Of a DNA stretch of 64,000 nt, positions 9,505 to 18,971 are shown piece after piece. The translations under genes were made by a program, and so were the position numbers. The stretch comes from a phage: the sequence record PZ445134.1; one strand, written 5' to 3'. Within the stretch, counting starts at the first letter, position 1. The number at the start of each line of letters is the position of its first letter. Below the pieces are notes generated by a model, which was given only the letters and a program-made list of their open reading frames with translations, was not told where the DNA came from and ran no database searches.

Positions 9505-10792
9505 TGGTGTTTAACCCTATGCATGATTTCTTTATTTTTGCCGAGATTAAATCCGCGTTCGTTCGGATTTCCAAGATAACCGCATGTTCTTCTTATTGTG
9601 TTCATCTTTTTAGGATCAGTTTCTCCGCAAACTGAACAAACAAATCCGTTTTCAGTAGGAGTCATTTCATGAGTACTTCCACATGTAAAACATTTATCTA
9701 CTGGCATATTAACACCAAAATAATCTAAATGTTGTGCAGCATAATCCCATACAGCCTCAAGACCTTTTAGGTTATTTTTCATATCAGGAAGTTCAACATA
9801 AGAAATGTGACCACCAGTCGCAATGAAATGATATGGCGCTTCACGAGAAATCTTTTCAAACGGAGTAATATTTTCTTCTACTGAAACGTGGAAACTATTA
9901 GTGTACCAGCCTTTATCAGTAACATCTTTTACACTTCCATATTTTTCGGTATCAAGTTTACAGAAGCGATAGCACAGGTTTTCAGCAGGAGTAGAATACA
10001 AGCTAAAAGCAAAACCGGTTCTTTCAGTCCACTGCTTAAGACGAGCATTCATTTTAGTCAAAATTTCCTGTCCAATATCACGTCCGACAAGAATATTCAA
10101 TTCGTGAATACCAATGTATCCTAAAGACACTGAACTTCTGCCGTTTTTAAATAACTCAATTATATCATCATCAGGTTTAAGACGAACCCCAAATGCACCT
10201 TCTTGGTAAAGAATAGGAGCAACAGTAGCTTTAACTCCTTTTAAGGAACTAATTCTACACATCAAAGCTTCAAAACACAGATCCATTCGTTCATTAAATA
10301 GCTCAACAAATTTCTGTTCATTGAATTGTGTTCCAATATAAGAATCTAACGCAATACGAGGAAGATTCAGTGTTACAACACCAAGATTATTACGCCCATC
10401 AAGAATTTCATTACCAGTCGAATCTTTCCATACGCTCAAAAAACTACGGCAACCCATTGGAGAAACAGGAACAGATGAACCGGTGATAGCTTTATTATTC
10501 TTAACTGAAATAATATCAGGATACATTCTTTTGCTTGCACATTCTAACGCAAGCTGCTTAATATCATAGTTCGGGTCGTCTTTATAAAGATTAACACCCT
10601 CTTCAACGAACATAACAAGTTTAGGGAAAATAGGAGTTATCCCATCGCGACCAAGACCTTTAATACGATTTTTCAGAATTGCTTTCTGAATCATTCGTTC
10701 AGTCCAGTCAGTTCCCGTGCCAAATGTAATGGTTACAAAAGGCGTTTGTCCGTTTGAACTGAAAAGTGTATTTACTTCATCATTATATTCAG
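9501..10792 (-). CDS. nrdD: anaerobic ribonucleoside-triphosphate reductase NrdD, exon 2
   Basis: C-terminal glycyl-radical motif RRTCGYLG and CxxC...CxxC zinc site; 5' boundary is the proposed 3' splice site. Confidence 0.8.
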
Positions 10793-11825
10793 CATGAGTC
10801 GCAAATTCATGCCCGTTTATATGAAACAACAAAATTTGGATAGTCCATAGATATGCAACGTTCTTTTATAGTGCTAGGATGAAAATTTAGCGCTTTAGCT
10901 GCTTCTATATAAGACGTATACTTAATACCGTCAACAACCACATATTCAGGAACTTTATGAATAGTAGTCTTAATACTCAAAACAAGAGGATGAGTTTCGA
11001 CTTCACTTTCAGTGCAATTTAAATATTCCGCTGCTTTTTTAAAACTTCTAAAAGTTTTATTTTTAAGCTTTATCGATACTTGTTTTTTACTTTTTCGACT
11101 ATTGATATTATTTTGCACATGTTCCTTAGATCTTCTGTTTTTAGCATAATATTCAGCCACAGAAGATTTTATATTGTTTTTATGAGATTCGGATAACACT
11201 TTACCCTTATGAGCATCTCTTAATTTTTGAATATGTTCTTCAGTATCCGGATGCTTATAAAACTTTTTACCGCCTATGGATTTATTTAAACATTTTTTGC
11301 TATAAAAATATTTACGTATGACCTCTTCTTCATGTTTTAATGCATCTTTATAACTATCAAATGTTTTTAAAATTATCCATTTAGTAGGTGTATCAGTTTT
11401 TAAGCGTTCATTTATATACTTAGATGACGTTGTGTAAGTTTTCCAGTTTGTGGGCTTGTTTTTAATTGTTCTAAATTTTTTATAACCGATATAAATGTCG
11501 CCATTAGAAAACTTAACTAAGTATGTAAATGCGTCTTTATCTTTTATTTTAGTACAACGTCTTTTTATCCATTTCATTGTTTCACCTCGTATTCATAAGA
11601 TAATCTTATTTATACAAGATGACTGCTGCATGTCGCCATGCAGATTAGACTATATCTTCATCTTTCGATGCCGGCCGTTTCGAATAGCATTAGCTTCTAT
11701 TCTACACCGCTACATTCATCACGGTTAGTCGTTAGGCATTTAGTTCAAAAGAACATTTAGCACGGGATTGTCTACTAGAGAGGTTCCCCGTTTAGACCGG
11801 TTTTACATGAGCCTGAATTAAATTA
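10793..11825 (-). mobile_element. group I intron in nrdD
   Basis: nrdD reading frame interrupted; intron 5' region contains CTAAACGGGGAACCTCTCTAGTAGACAATCCCGTGCTAAAT, which matches the conserved core of T4 td-type group I introns as I recall it; intron begins TAATTTAATTCAGGCTCATG after exon ...TATGAGT; 3' end chosen at a G that restores frame and gives 1033 nt. Confidence 0.7.
10807..11577 (-). CDS. GIY-YIG homing endonuclease (I-TevII-like) inside the nrdD intron
   Basis: 256 aa; N-terminal YLVKFSNGDIYIGY (GIY..YIG), downstream conserved Glu/Asn, C-terminal NUMOD-like helix-turn-helix; strong SD GAGGTGA before ATG. Confidence 0.75.
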   Translation of the reverse strand: MKWIKRRCTKIKDKDAFTYLVKFSNGDIYIGYKKFRTIKNKPTNWKTYTTSSKYINERLKTDTPTKWIILKTFDSYKDALKHEEEVIRKYFYSKKCLNKSIGGKKFYKHPDTEEHIQKLRDAHKGKVLSESHKNNIKSSVAEYYAKNRRSKEHVQNNINSRKSKKQVSIKLKNKTFRSFKKAAEYLNCTESEVETHPLVLSIKTTIHKVPEYVVVDGIKYTSYIEAAKALNFHPSTIKERCISMDYPNFVVSYKRA

Positions 11826-12363
11826 ACTCATACGCCTGGAATGCATCATATACGTCTTTTTCTGTTTTAGATTGGGCATAATTCAACGCATCAGCGATTT
11901 GCCATTTTTCTGCATCCTCAATATGTTTTGCATAGGTGCGTTTAACATAAGGAGAAAGTACTTTGTCTACATTAGCAAAAGTCGTTCCGCCGTATTGATG
12001 GGAAGCAACCTGTGCGGTAATTTGTGCCATAATTGCAGTAGCAACACCAATCGATTTAGGCGTTTCAATTTGAGCATTGCCTAATTTAAATCCATTCTCA
12101 AGCATCCCCTTTAAATCGACTAAACAGCAATTAGTAAACGGAAGAGCAGGAGAATAATCAATATCATGCATGTGAATGATTCCGCTTTCATGCGCATGCA
12201 TAATAAAAGACGGGACCATATTTTTGGCAATGTGCTTAGACACAATACCAGCCATAAGGTCCCGTTGAGTTGGAAAAACACGAGAATCTTTATTAGCATT
12301 CTCGTTCAAAAGATCTTTATTAGTTTTATGAATTAATCCTTCAATTTCTTTTTCAATTTTCAT
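11826..12363 (-). CDS. nrdD: anaerobic ribonucleoside-triphosphate reductase NrdD, exon 1
   Basis: N-terminal 179 aa of NrdD; in-frame TAA 7 nt into the intron. Confidence 0.8.
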
Positions 12364-12833
12364 TTTAAACTCTTTCTAAGCTGCTTTTTGAATGAAGCTA
12401 TTAATTGTGTTTTGGTATCAGATTCATTATATTCAAATCCTCTTTGAAGCATCTCGGCCATCATTTCCTCTTTACCTAGTCTTGAGAACTCTTTAGTTTT
12501 GTCTGGAACAAAATTAGGATGGATATTATTATCAGAATAATCTTGTTTCAAATAAGCGAGAAGAGCTTCAAGCCATTCGAGGTAGTCGACATCACGTCCT
12601 TTAAGACCGGAACGGTTGAACTTATGCTTCATTTGACCTTCTGCTGCGTTGCACAGATTACAGAGTAATCCACGAACTCTACCGGCTTTTGGCCCGTTTA
12701 ATTCATGGTCGTGGTCAAGATGGTTACCTTGAACATCAGGGTCTAATTCACGGTGGCAAATAGGACACTTACCGTTCTGTGCATCATAAAATTTTTGTTT
12801 TTCTTCTTTATATTTTGCGCCTGATAATAACAT
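12360..12833 (-). CDS. 49: endonuclease VII (Holliday junction resolvase) gp49
   Basis: 157 aa; cysteine/histidine zinc site CPICHRELDPDVQGNHLDHDH...CNLCN; matches T4 endo VII length and sequence as recalled. Confidence 0.9.
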   Translation of the reverse strand: MLLSGAKYKEEKQKFYDAQNGKCPICHRELDPDVQGNHLDHDHELNGPKAGRVRGLLCNLCNAAEGQMKHKFNRSGLKGRDVDYLEWLEALLAYLKQDYSDNNIHPNFVPDKTKEFSRLGKEEMMAEMLQRGFEYNESDTKTQLIASFKKQLRKSLK

Positions 12834-12838
12834 GATAA

Positions 12839-12871
12839 ACCCTTACCTTAAATAGATAAGGGTATTTATTA
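12839..12871 (-). promoter_or_regulatory. late-promoter-like TAATAAATA plus SD-sequestering hairpin upstream of gene 49
   Basis: minus strand TAATAAATA, then ACCCTTA-(11 nt loop)-TAAGGGT whose 3' arm is the SD, then ATG. Confidence 0.45.
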
Positions 12872-13294
12872 ACTTAAACGTCTTTCTAAATATTCAATGT
12901 ATTCTGCGGCTGCTTGCATCAGGTTACCTTCATAGCCGTCGTTATTTTCTTGTCCAGCTAATTTAGCTAATGCATAAGAAATTCGTTCACCTTCGAATTC
13001 ACCAAGTTTACTACCTAGCACATCCGCAATATCAGCCGAATCAATTTCTTCGAGTTCATCTATTGAATGGGATTCCCAGAAGCACCAAAGAGAAGTATCA
13101 CGGTCATAGATGCAAAGTTTCTCACCTGTGTTCAACATCACTTCGATAATGCCATGGCCGCCATAACCATCTTCGGTAGTAGTACCAATTACCTTGATGA
13201 TTGTTCCTTTCTTTAATTCAGGAAACTTGTCTTGTAGTTCTTCATCTTCTTTAACAATCTTGAACCATTTACCGCGAGTTTCAGAAATATTCAT
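12869..13294 (-). CDS. hypothetical acidic protein
   Basis: 141 aa ORF between 49 and nrdC. Confidence 0.45.
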   Translation of the reverse strand: MNISETRGKWFKIVKEDEELQDKFPELKKGTIIKVIGTTTEDGYGGHGIIEVMLNTGEKLCIYDRDTSLWCFWESHSIDELEEIDSADIADVLGSKLGEFEGERISYALAKLAGQENNDGYEGNLMQAAAEYIEYLERRLS

Positions 13295-13295
13295 A

Positions 13296-13493
13296 TCAAT
13301 ATCCTCTATAAAAGTTGCGATGCGTGCGTTTCGCTTTGCGAAGCTGACGTTTAGTTGGTCGAACCGTAAATGGTCGTCCGGAGAAAAAATTTGGTTCGGT
13401 TTTAATCAACACATACCAATCGTGTTCGCCACTTTTTAATAAACGGTACAATAATTTAACTTGCATAATAATCTCTTCCCATTTCCAAATCAA
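13296..13493 (-). CDS. hypothetical basic protein
   Basis: 65 aa ORF. Confidence 0.4.
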   Translation of the reverse strand: MIWKWEEIIMQVKLLYRLLKSGEHDWYVLIKTEPNFFSGRPFTVRPTKRQLRKAKRTHRNFYRGY

Positions 13494-13594
13494 TCATATC
13501 GTTTACTGTAGGTTCATCATAACACGTTTCTTCGTCGTTGTAAACTGTTTCGACGTCTGGCTCGACAGTTTCCCATCGAGCCGAATACCATGGT

Positions 13595-13930
13595 TTAACC
13601 CCGGAGTTTATTGAGCTCTTCATAATCAATCCAGGATTCTAGCCCTGACGGCAGGTCACATTCAATGTTCCACAGAAGCTCTTCGATGGCTTGTAGGCGA
13701 TTATATTCTTCAACAGTAATAGTAACCATTGTTTCAGGCTTTTTAACCATCATGTCATTCATCAGAATGTACAGGTCTTCACAAACAGCCGGGTCGTCCC
13801 ATGTCCATATTTCAGCATCTCGAACCAATGAAGTCGGAATCGAATTTAAAACTTCAAGCTTAGTAGGAGCGTCAGGGCCGAGAAGAGTTGCTACAAATTT
13901 ATACGCTCTGGCGAAATCAATATCATTCAT
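13595..13930 (-). CDS. hypothetical protein
   Basis: 111 aa ORF. Confidence 0.45.
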   Translation of the reverse strand: MNDIDFARAYKFVATLLGPDAPTKLEVLNSIPTSLVRDAEIWTWDDPAVCEDLYILMNDMMVKKPETMVTITVEEYNRLQAIEELLWNIECDLPSGLESWIDYEELNKLRG

Positions 13931-14190
13931 TTAAAATATTCTCGCAGTTGGTCGAATCCACCAATGTGACTTCCGTCAGGAGCAAACACTTGAGGCATAG
14001 TCAATCCGACTTGTGATTCACGTCCAAGCTTAACCAGAAGCTCAGCAATTTTCTCATCATCAAAAACACCTTTTTCTGGCATAACATTAATGAATTCAAA
14101 TGGCTGTTTCTTAACAGTCAGCAATCGTTTCGCATTATCGCAATAAATGCATTTATGAATAGTAGAGTCATACCCGTACACTTTAAACAT
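13927..14190 (-). CDS. nrdC: glutaredoxin/thioredoxin NrdC
   Basis: MFKVYGYDSTIHKCIYCDNAKRLL... CxxC motif; resembles T4 NrdC; start moved to MFKVYGY. Confidence 0.85.
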   Translation of the reverse strand: MFKVYGYDSTIHKCIYCDNAKRLLTVKKQPFEFINVMPEKGVFDDEKIAELLVKLGRESQVGLTMPQVFAPDGSHIGGFDQLREYFK

Positions 14191-14596
14191 TATTTTTCCT
14201 TTCATCAATTAAATATGCAATGCCAAATACAATACATGTAATAAAACCTGTGATACAGATAGAAACCAACAACACTGTACCAAAGAACCAAATCAAGTTA
14301 TCTTTAGTAGTTTGTTTGATATCCATCTCACGAATTTCTATAGCTATCGTATCACCTTTATTAAGAAGCGTATAAAACGATGGTGATACATGCCTGTCAA
14401 AAACTCGACCTTGTTCATCTTTATAAACTGCAATAAATTCCAGTTTAGAATATTTTCCTGTAGATTGACCTGAAATTAATTCCACTACCTCCACAGGAAT
14501 TACTTTAGTTTCCATGTAAGTATTCTGGCTGTTCCAAATGAATGGAATGATGGCAAAAACTAAAGCTGTAATAAAACAACGAAGGCTATATCTCAT
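14183..14596 (-). CDS. membrane protein
   Basis: 137 aa with N- and C-terminal hydrophobic segments. Confidence 0.45.
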   Translation of the reverse strand: MRYSLRCFITALVFAIIPFIWNSQNTYMETKVIPVEVVELISGQSTGKYSKLEFIAVYKDEQGRVFDRHVSPSFYTLLNKGDTIAIEIREMDIKQTTKDNLIWFFGTVLLVSICITGFITCIVFGIAYLIDERKNNV

Positions 14597-14901
14597 TATA
14601 ATGTTCTCTCAAATTTGTGGAAGCATTTACGGCATTTCAATTTCAAGTTATCAGTGGTCCAGTTAACCAGTTGGACTTGGATAGTTCCACATTCCGGACA
14701 TGGATGTTTTGCTGCCGATTTGGCAGCATTTTCACGTCGTTCAACCATTTTCATTATTTCGTTCCATGCCGGAGGAACGAACTCTTCTTCACCGTGGATT
14801 TTATCTCGCTGAACAAATTCAATCTTTGAACTATCGTCGATAAACTTAACCAAGCTGTGATTAGTGCTCATGTCAATATCCTCTAAAAGACGTAGTTTCA
14901 T
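14596..14901 (-). CDS. zinc-ribbon protein
   Basis: 101 aa; CPECG...CRKC pairs. Confidence 0.45.
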   Translation of the reverse strand: MKLRLLEDIDMSTNHSLVKFIDDSSKIEFVQRDKIHGEEEFVPPAWNEIMKMVERRENAAKSAAKHPCPECGTIQVQLVNWTTDNLKLKCRKCFHKFERTL

Positions 14902-15851
14902 TATAAAACCTCAATGGCATTTCGTAAACCATCCGCTTTCGCATTCAGAGCTTTTAACGATTTAGTTTTTTCTGCAATCTGGGCTTCGACTTCTTTCAGT
15001 CGAGATTTGAGATATTCGCGTTCTTCTCTTAAATTATCAACTTTTTCTACTTTAGGTTCTTTAATAGGCTTAGGTTTATACGTATTAGGGTTCTTCAGTT
15101 TAATTAGAATGTGTGAACTGTACAGCATTGAACCATTATCTTCGGTTTCGTCATACATTTCCACTACGTCCATCATCTCCACCATCGTGCAGAGTTTATA
15201 AGACAACGAACGAATAGTTTTGTTGTGCTTATTAATTTCTTTAGAGTTCATGGTGCCTAGATTACGCGAGTAGTAATAAGGAACCTGGATATCAATTGTC
15301 AATGATGCGTTACCATTACCAGTTGGTTTGAATACTGCAGTAACCCAATCTTTAACATGAACTTTATTTGTACGACCATCGCCACCTGTGAATAATTTAC
15401 GAGAATGTTTAAAAAGCATATTCACTTGGTTATTGAATTCACAAGCAAATTTATCAGCAAATTTAGTTTCAGGAATGGTAGATAACCAATCAGCCAAGTA
15501 GGTCTTTTTAACATCGTTAACAATAGTAAATTCAACCAAATCGGTTATAGATGTCGCAGTTTTAATGAAGCTCGGCTTCATAAAGTTTTTAATGTTATCG
15601 CGAGCTATAGTAGAAGATAATAAACGAGAACGTTTGAACCATTGAAGCAGTGTCCCTAATGAATGAGAATACGCATTCTGAGTATCTTTACAGATATGAT
15701 TTTCTTGGCCTGTGTATGTACCAAAATCGCGAAGAATACCGCTTACTACAACTCGGTGTGGAACATCAAATCCTAATGAACCAGAAGCACGTTGGGCATG
15801 AACGTTAGCGATAAGACCTGCAAAATAATCAACGTAATGTGAACGTGTCAT
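14901..15851 (-). CDS. hypothetical protein with C-terminal coiled coil
   Basis: 316 aa; last about 55 aa heptad-like (LREEREYLKSRLKEVEAQIAEKTKSLKALNAKADGLRNAIEVL). Confidence 0.5.
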   Translation of the reverse strand: MTRSHYVDYFAGLIANVHAQRASGSLGFDVPHRVVVSGILRDFGTYTGQENHICKDTQNAYSHSLGTLLQWFKRSRLLSSTIARDNIKNFMKPSFIKTATSITDLVEFTIVNDVKKTYLADWLSTIPETKFADKFACEFNNQVNMLFKHSRKLFTGGDGRTNKVHVKDWVTAVFKPTGNGNASLTIDIQVPYYYSRNLGTMNSKEINKHNKTIRSLSYKLCTMVEMMDVVEMYDETEDNGSMLYSSHILIKLKNPNTYKPKPIKEPKVEKVDNLREEREYLKSRLKEVEAQIAEKTKSLKALNAKADGLRNAIEVL

Positions 15852-15874
15852 AATATTTTCCTCTCGTTAAGATA

Positions 15875-15912
15875 GATTCATTATACTCCAACCGTCCTTG
15901 GTTGTAAACTGA
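15875..15912 (-). promoter_or_regulatory. early promoter (PeSL-like)
   Basis: minus strand GTTTAC -35, spacer containing CCAAGGACGGTTGG, TATAAT -10. Confidence 0.5.
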
Positions 15913-15913
15913 T

Positions 15914-16846
15914 TTATGATTTTAATGCATTCATTGCGTTAAAAAGTTTAGAGTACTGCAACTGGAGCTTGGTAACTACTTGTTGAGCATCACGAAGCTT
16001 AGCTTGTGCTTTGTCAAGTTCAACAGACAGTTGGTCCACAGTGGCTTTGATTTGATTATAATAGTAATCTTCGGCAGGAAGAAGACCGTTAGAGATTTCC
16101 AGTTTAGTCGACGGTGTGCCGTTAAACATAACAGGTTGTGCTGAAGCTGCATTAATCTTACCGATAGTCGGGGCGACAATAATTGACGCTTCGAACGTTG
16201 CATTTTCCTTTTTAAGATTTTTATAATATTCAGAGTCTTTGTGCCACCATGGCGCAGGAACCTTTTTACCAATAGATACACGAGCCTGGATAGCGATATG
16301 GCCCTTATTCTTGATAACGTCGATAATATTAAGCTCACGAGAATAAATTGCTTTAATCTGGTGAATATTATCACCTAACACTTCCAACGCTTGGTGGAAT
16401 ACACGAGCAACGTTATCATTCTTAGGTTTATACGTAAGAGTGAACTCATTCTCACTGATAACCATGATTTCTAACTTATCGTAAGTATATTTCAAATGTT
16501 TCATGTTAATTGCTTGAGGACGAATACGAGAAGCAATGGCCATCAAATTGTTAAGGTTATTCCGGAACTGCTTAGCGAAATATTGTCCTTCACCGCCAAT
16601 ACAAAAATTACGAAGTTTCTGTTTGGCTAATAAACGGCTGAACTCACCATTTTTAATGAACTCTTTAACAGGTGTGTTAGTAACGCATTCAAATTGAGTA
16701 AACTTACGAGAAGTAATCCCATAATATGAACAGATTTCCTCAATCTCTTCAGGGGTCTTTACAGGCATACGGATAGGATTAGGTCCTGGAGTATATGCGT
16801 TCGAGGTAAATTCTTTGATAAGTTCTCTACGTGTAATAAAAGCCAT
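15914..16846 (-). CDS. hypothetical protein with C-terminal coiled coil
   Basis: 310 aa; C-terminal LSVELDKAQAKLRDAQQVVTKLQLQYSKLFNAMNALKS. Confidence 0.5.
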   Translation of the reverse strand: MAFITRRELIKEFTSNAYTPGPNPIRMPVKTPEEIEEICSYYGITSRKFTQFECVTNTPVKEFIKNGEFSRLLAKQKLRNFCIGGEGQYFAKQFRNNLNNLMAIASRIRPQAINMKHLKYTYDKLEIMVISENEFTLTYKPKNDNVARVFHQALEVLGDNIHQIKAIYSRELNIIDVIKNKGHIAIQARVSIGKKVPAPWWHKDSEYYKNLKKENATFEASIIVAPTIGKINAASAQPVMFNGTPSTKLEISNGLLPAEDYYYNQIKATVDQLSVELDKAQAKLRDAQQVVTKLQLQYSKLFNAMNALKS

Positions 16847-16869
16847 TTTATATTCCTCGTGTTGAAAAA

Positions 16870-16913
16870 TTTATTATACTCCAACCATCCTTGGTTGTAC
16901 ATCATTCCTTAAG
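16870..16913 (-). promoter_or_regulatory. early promoter (PeSL-like), near-copy of 15875..15912
   Basis: ttattatactccaaccatccttggttgtacat shares about 30 nt with the 15875 cassette. Confidence 0.5.
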
Positions 16914-17897
16914 AAGTTTTACTACTTGAATAAGATTAGCTCGTTCTGTTTTATTTTTACCATTTAAGCCTGCTAATCGTGAGATTTCATCGTCAGTCTG
17001 TTGAATAGTTACATTAAGTTCGTTAATCAAAGCTTCAAAGTATTTGATTTGCTCAGCATGTTTTGATTCAAATTTCTGAACCGGAATAACGTCTTGGTTC
17101 AGTTCATCAATAAGGACTTTAAGAGCATCTTCTTGGTTGATATCGTATTCAATTTCTTTTATTTCTTCAACGAGCTCGTCTTTATATCTAACGTCTTTTA
17201 GTCCTGGTGCTGGTCCTGAAATCTCTTCTTTAAGAGTGCAAACATATCCAATACGGTATCCAATGCCGTCTCGCTTGATATCAACTTCGTCAATAAATCC
17301 ACAATGTTTAAGACCAGAGCCGATTATGTCAAAATATCCTTGACGTCGTCCTTCAAACGTTACACGAACTACTAAGACAGTTTTACCACCGACCTTTTGA
17401 AGCTCACATTTATAAAAGTTTGTTGAACCTGAATAACGTGGATGAGTTTTAAAGTTCATCTGACGATCTAGGCCCATTTGTAAGCGTGCTGATACGGCCA
17501 TAAAACGTGTTTGGTTCTCGTTAAGATGAGCAACAATCCATTTCAAAGGCATTTTACACTGTTCACGACCGAACAAATCAGTACGTCCTAGATTACGCAG
17601 GATGTTGTTAGAGTTAATCATCGACAGAACGTTAAGTTTATTCAGCGCGCTGAAGATTCCATCGGCCATTGATTTTCCGTAACCTTTACACGCTTTAATA
17701 AGCGCTCGCGGTAGATTAGTATAGATTTCAGACGGCATATGAAAATCAAATTTACTAGTCAGTAATTGATGAACTTGGATAGCAATTTGCTCATAATTAA
17801 GTGCTCTGCGATCATTATGATCTTTAAACCACACTTTAATCTGTGAAGCACATAAACCGTTAATTTCATGTTTTACCGCATCAGATGTAATGCTCAT
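16902..17897 (-). CDS. hypothetical protein with C-terminal coiled coil
   Basis: 331 aa; C-terminal coiled-coil-like tail. Confidence 0.5.
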   Translation of the reverse strand: MSITSDAVKHEINGLCASQIKVWFKDHNDRRALNYEQIAIQVHQLLTSKFDFHMPSEIYTNLPRALIKACKGYGKSMADGIFSALNKLNVLSMINSNNILRNLGRTDLFGREQCKMPLKWIVAHLNENQTRFMAVSARLQMGLDRQMNFKTHPRYSGSTNFYKCELQKVGGKTVLVVRVTFEGRRQGYFDIIGSGLKHCGFIDEVDIKRDGIGYRIGYVCTLKEEISGPAPGLKDVRYKDELVEEIKEIEYDINQEDALKVLIDELNQDVIPVQKFESKHAEQIKYFEALINELNVTIQQTDDEISRLAGLNGKNKTERANLIQVVKLLKE

Positions 17898-17927
17898 ATC
17901 TATTTCCTCAGATTGAATTGGAACTCA

Positions 17928-17958
17928 AAACCATTATAACCCGTCCTTGGGTAAAGCG
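17928..17958 (-). promoter_or_regulatory. early promoter (PeSL-like)
   Basis: cattataacccgtccttgggtaaag: -10 TTATAATG, -35 variant CTTTAC. Confidence 0.4.
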
Positions 17959-17959
17959 T

Positions 17960-18487
17960 TTATGCGTGAACCGTCTTTAAACGTTCTTCAAATTTCCGAA
18001 GAGTACTAATACGTTCTGCTTTCTGTTTTGTATAGTTTGCAATACGTTCTGAAGTGAGAGCGTATCGTTCATTTACTGTTTCTTTCATGAAGTCAGGGAT
18101 TTCACGAGAAGCTTTAATTTCATCAAACTTATCGAGTACTGCCTGGTCTTCAGCGATTAAATTTTCGTACATCTCGATATCTTTCTTGATAAACTCGATA
18201 TCTTCCTGGGTTACTTTGGATAAACGAGATGCTTTATCCTTTTTGTACTGCTCGTTAGTTTCACGAGACCAGAATAATGTACGTTTTTTGTTAGTGTTTT
18301 TGTAGACTTCCACAATTCCAACTGAATCGATGATAGCAATCCAATTCCAGCGAGATTTGAAAATCTGACCTCCATCCACGGTAATCTCGTTACCATAAGC
18401 AACGTCATTAAAGAACTTGCTTTGTGCTTCAGATTTAAATTTACCGTCGTTATAATTTACCAGGTTGAAAATATCTTTAGCGTTCAT
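17960..18487 (-). CDS. hypothetical protein
   Basis: 175 aa ORF. Confidence 0.45.
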   Translation of the reverse strand: MNAKDIFNLVNYNDGKFKSEAQSKFFNDVAYGNEITVDGGQIFKSRWNWIAIIDSVGIVEVYKNTNKKRTLFWSRETNEQYKKDKASRLSKVTQEDIEFIKKDIEMYENLIAEDQAVLDKFDEIKASREIPDFMKETVNERYALTSERIANYTKQKAERISTLRKFEERLKTVHA

Positions 18488-18504
18488 GTTTTACCTCCAG
18501 TAGT

Positions 18505-18545
18505 TGATAGGTCTATAATAACATAACCATAGACCTTGTAAACAA
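18505..18545 (-). promoter_or_regulatory. early promoter with dyad symmetry (PeSL-like)
   Basis: minus strand GTTTAC, 17 bp, TATTAT; inverted arms AGGTCTAT/ATAGACCT. Confidence 0.55.
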
Positions 18546-18833
18546 CTAAAAGAAACTTTTTTCGGTATTTTTTCCACTGAACCAAACCGATTTCGGAATT
18601 TTCTGTAATTTTTCAGATTTAAGTTTCTCTTCCTGTTCTTTCTTATATGCATCCTTGTCGTACTGGAACAACTCTAAGGCATTCTTTTGTAGACGGTCTA
18701 AGGTAATTAAGGCTTTAGTTTTTCCTTTCAAGGAAGAGTCCTGGCGAACCTCCTCGCTATATTGCATCGTAGAACTAACCATACGATGAGCATACAGTTC
18801 GACTGCGGCTTTAATTTTTTGCATAAAATCCAT
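18546..18833 (-). CDS. hypothetical protein
   Basis: 95 aa ORF with SD AGAGG. Confidence 0.45.
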   Translation of the reverse strand: MDFMQKIKAAVELYAHRMVSSTMQYSEEVRQDSSLKGKTKALITLDRLQKNALELFQYDKDAYKKEQEEKLKSEKLQKIPKSVWFSGKNTEKSFF

Positions 18834-18971
18834 AACATAGCCTCTTTGATTTGTACAACATTATTTTTAAATATTTCTATGCCCTCAGTAGGTTCCTGGT
18901 GTCCTTCTTTGAGGTAAGCCATATGATTATTCATCTTTATGGCTTTTGTTACCTCAGAACTTCCTATAAGC

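Noticed and set aside
18728-18934. 68-aa minus-strand ORF
   Set aside because: Overlaps 18546..18833, which has a proper SD; no SD of its own.
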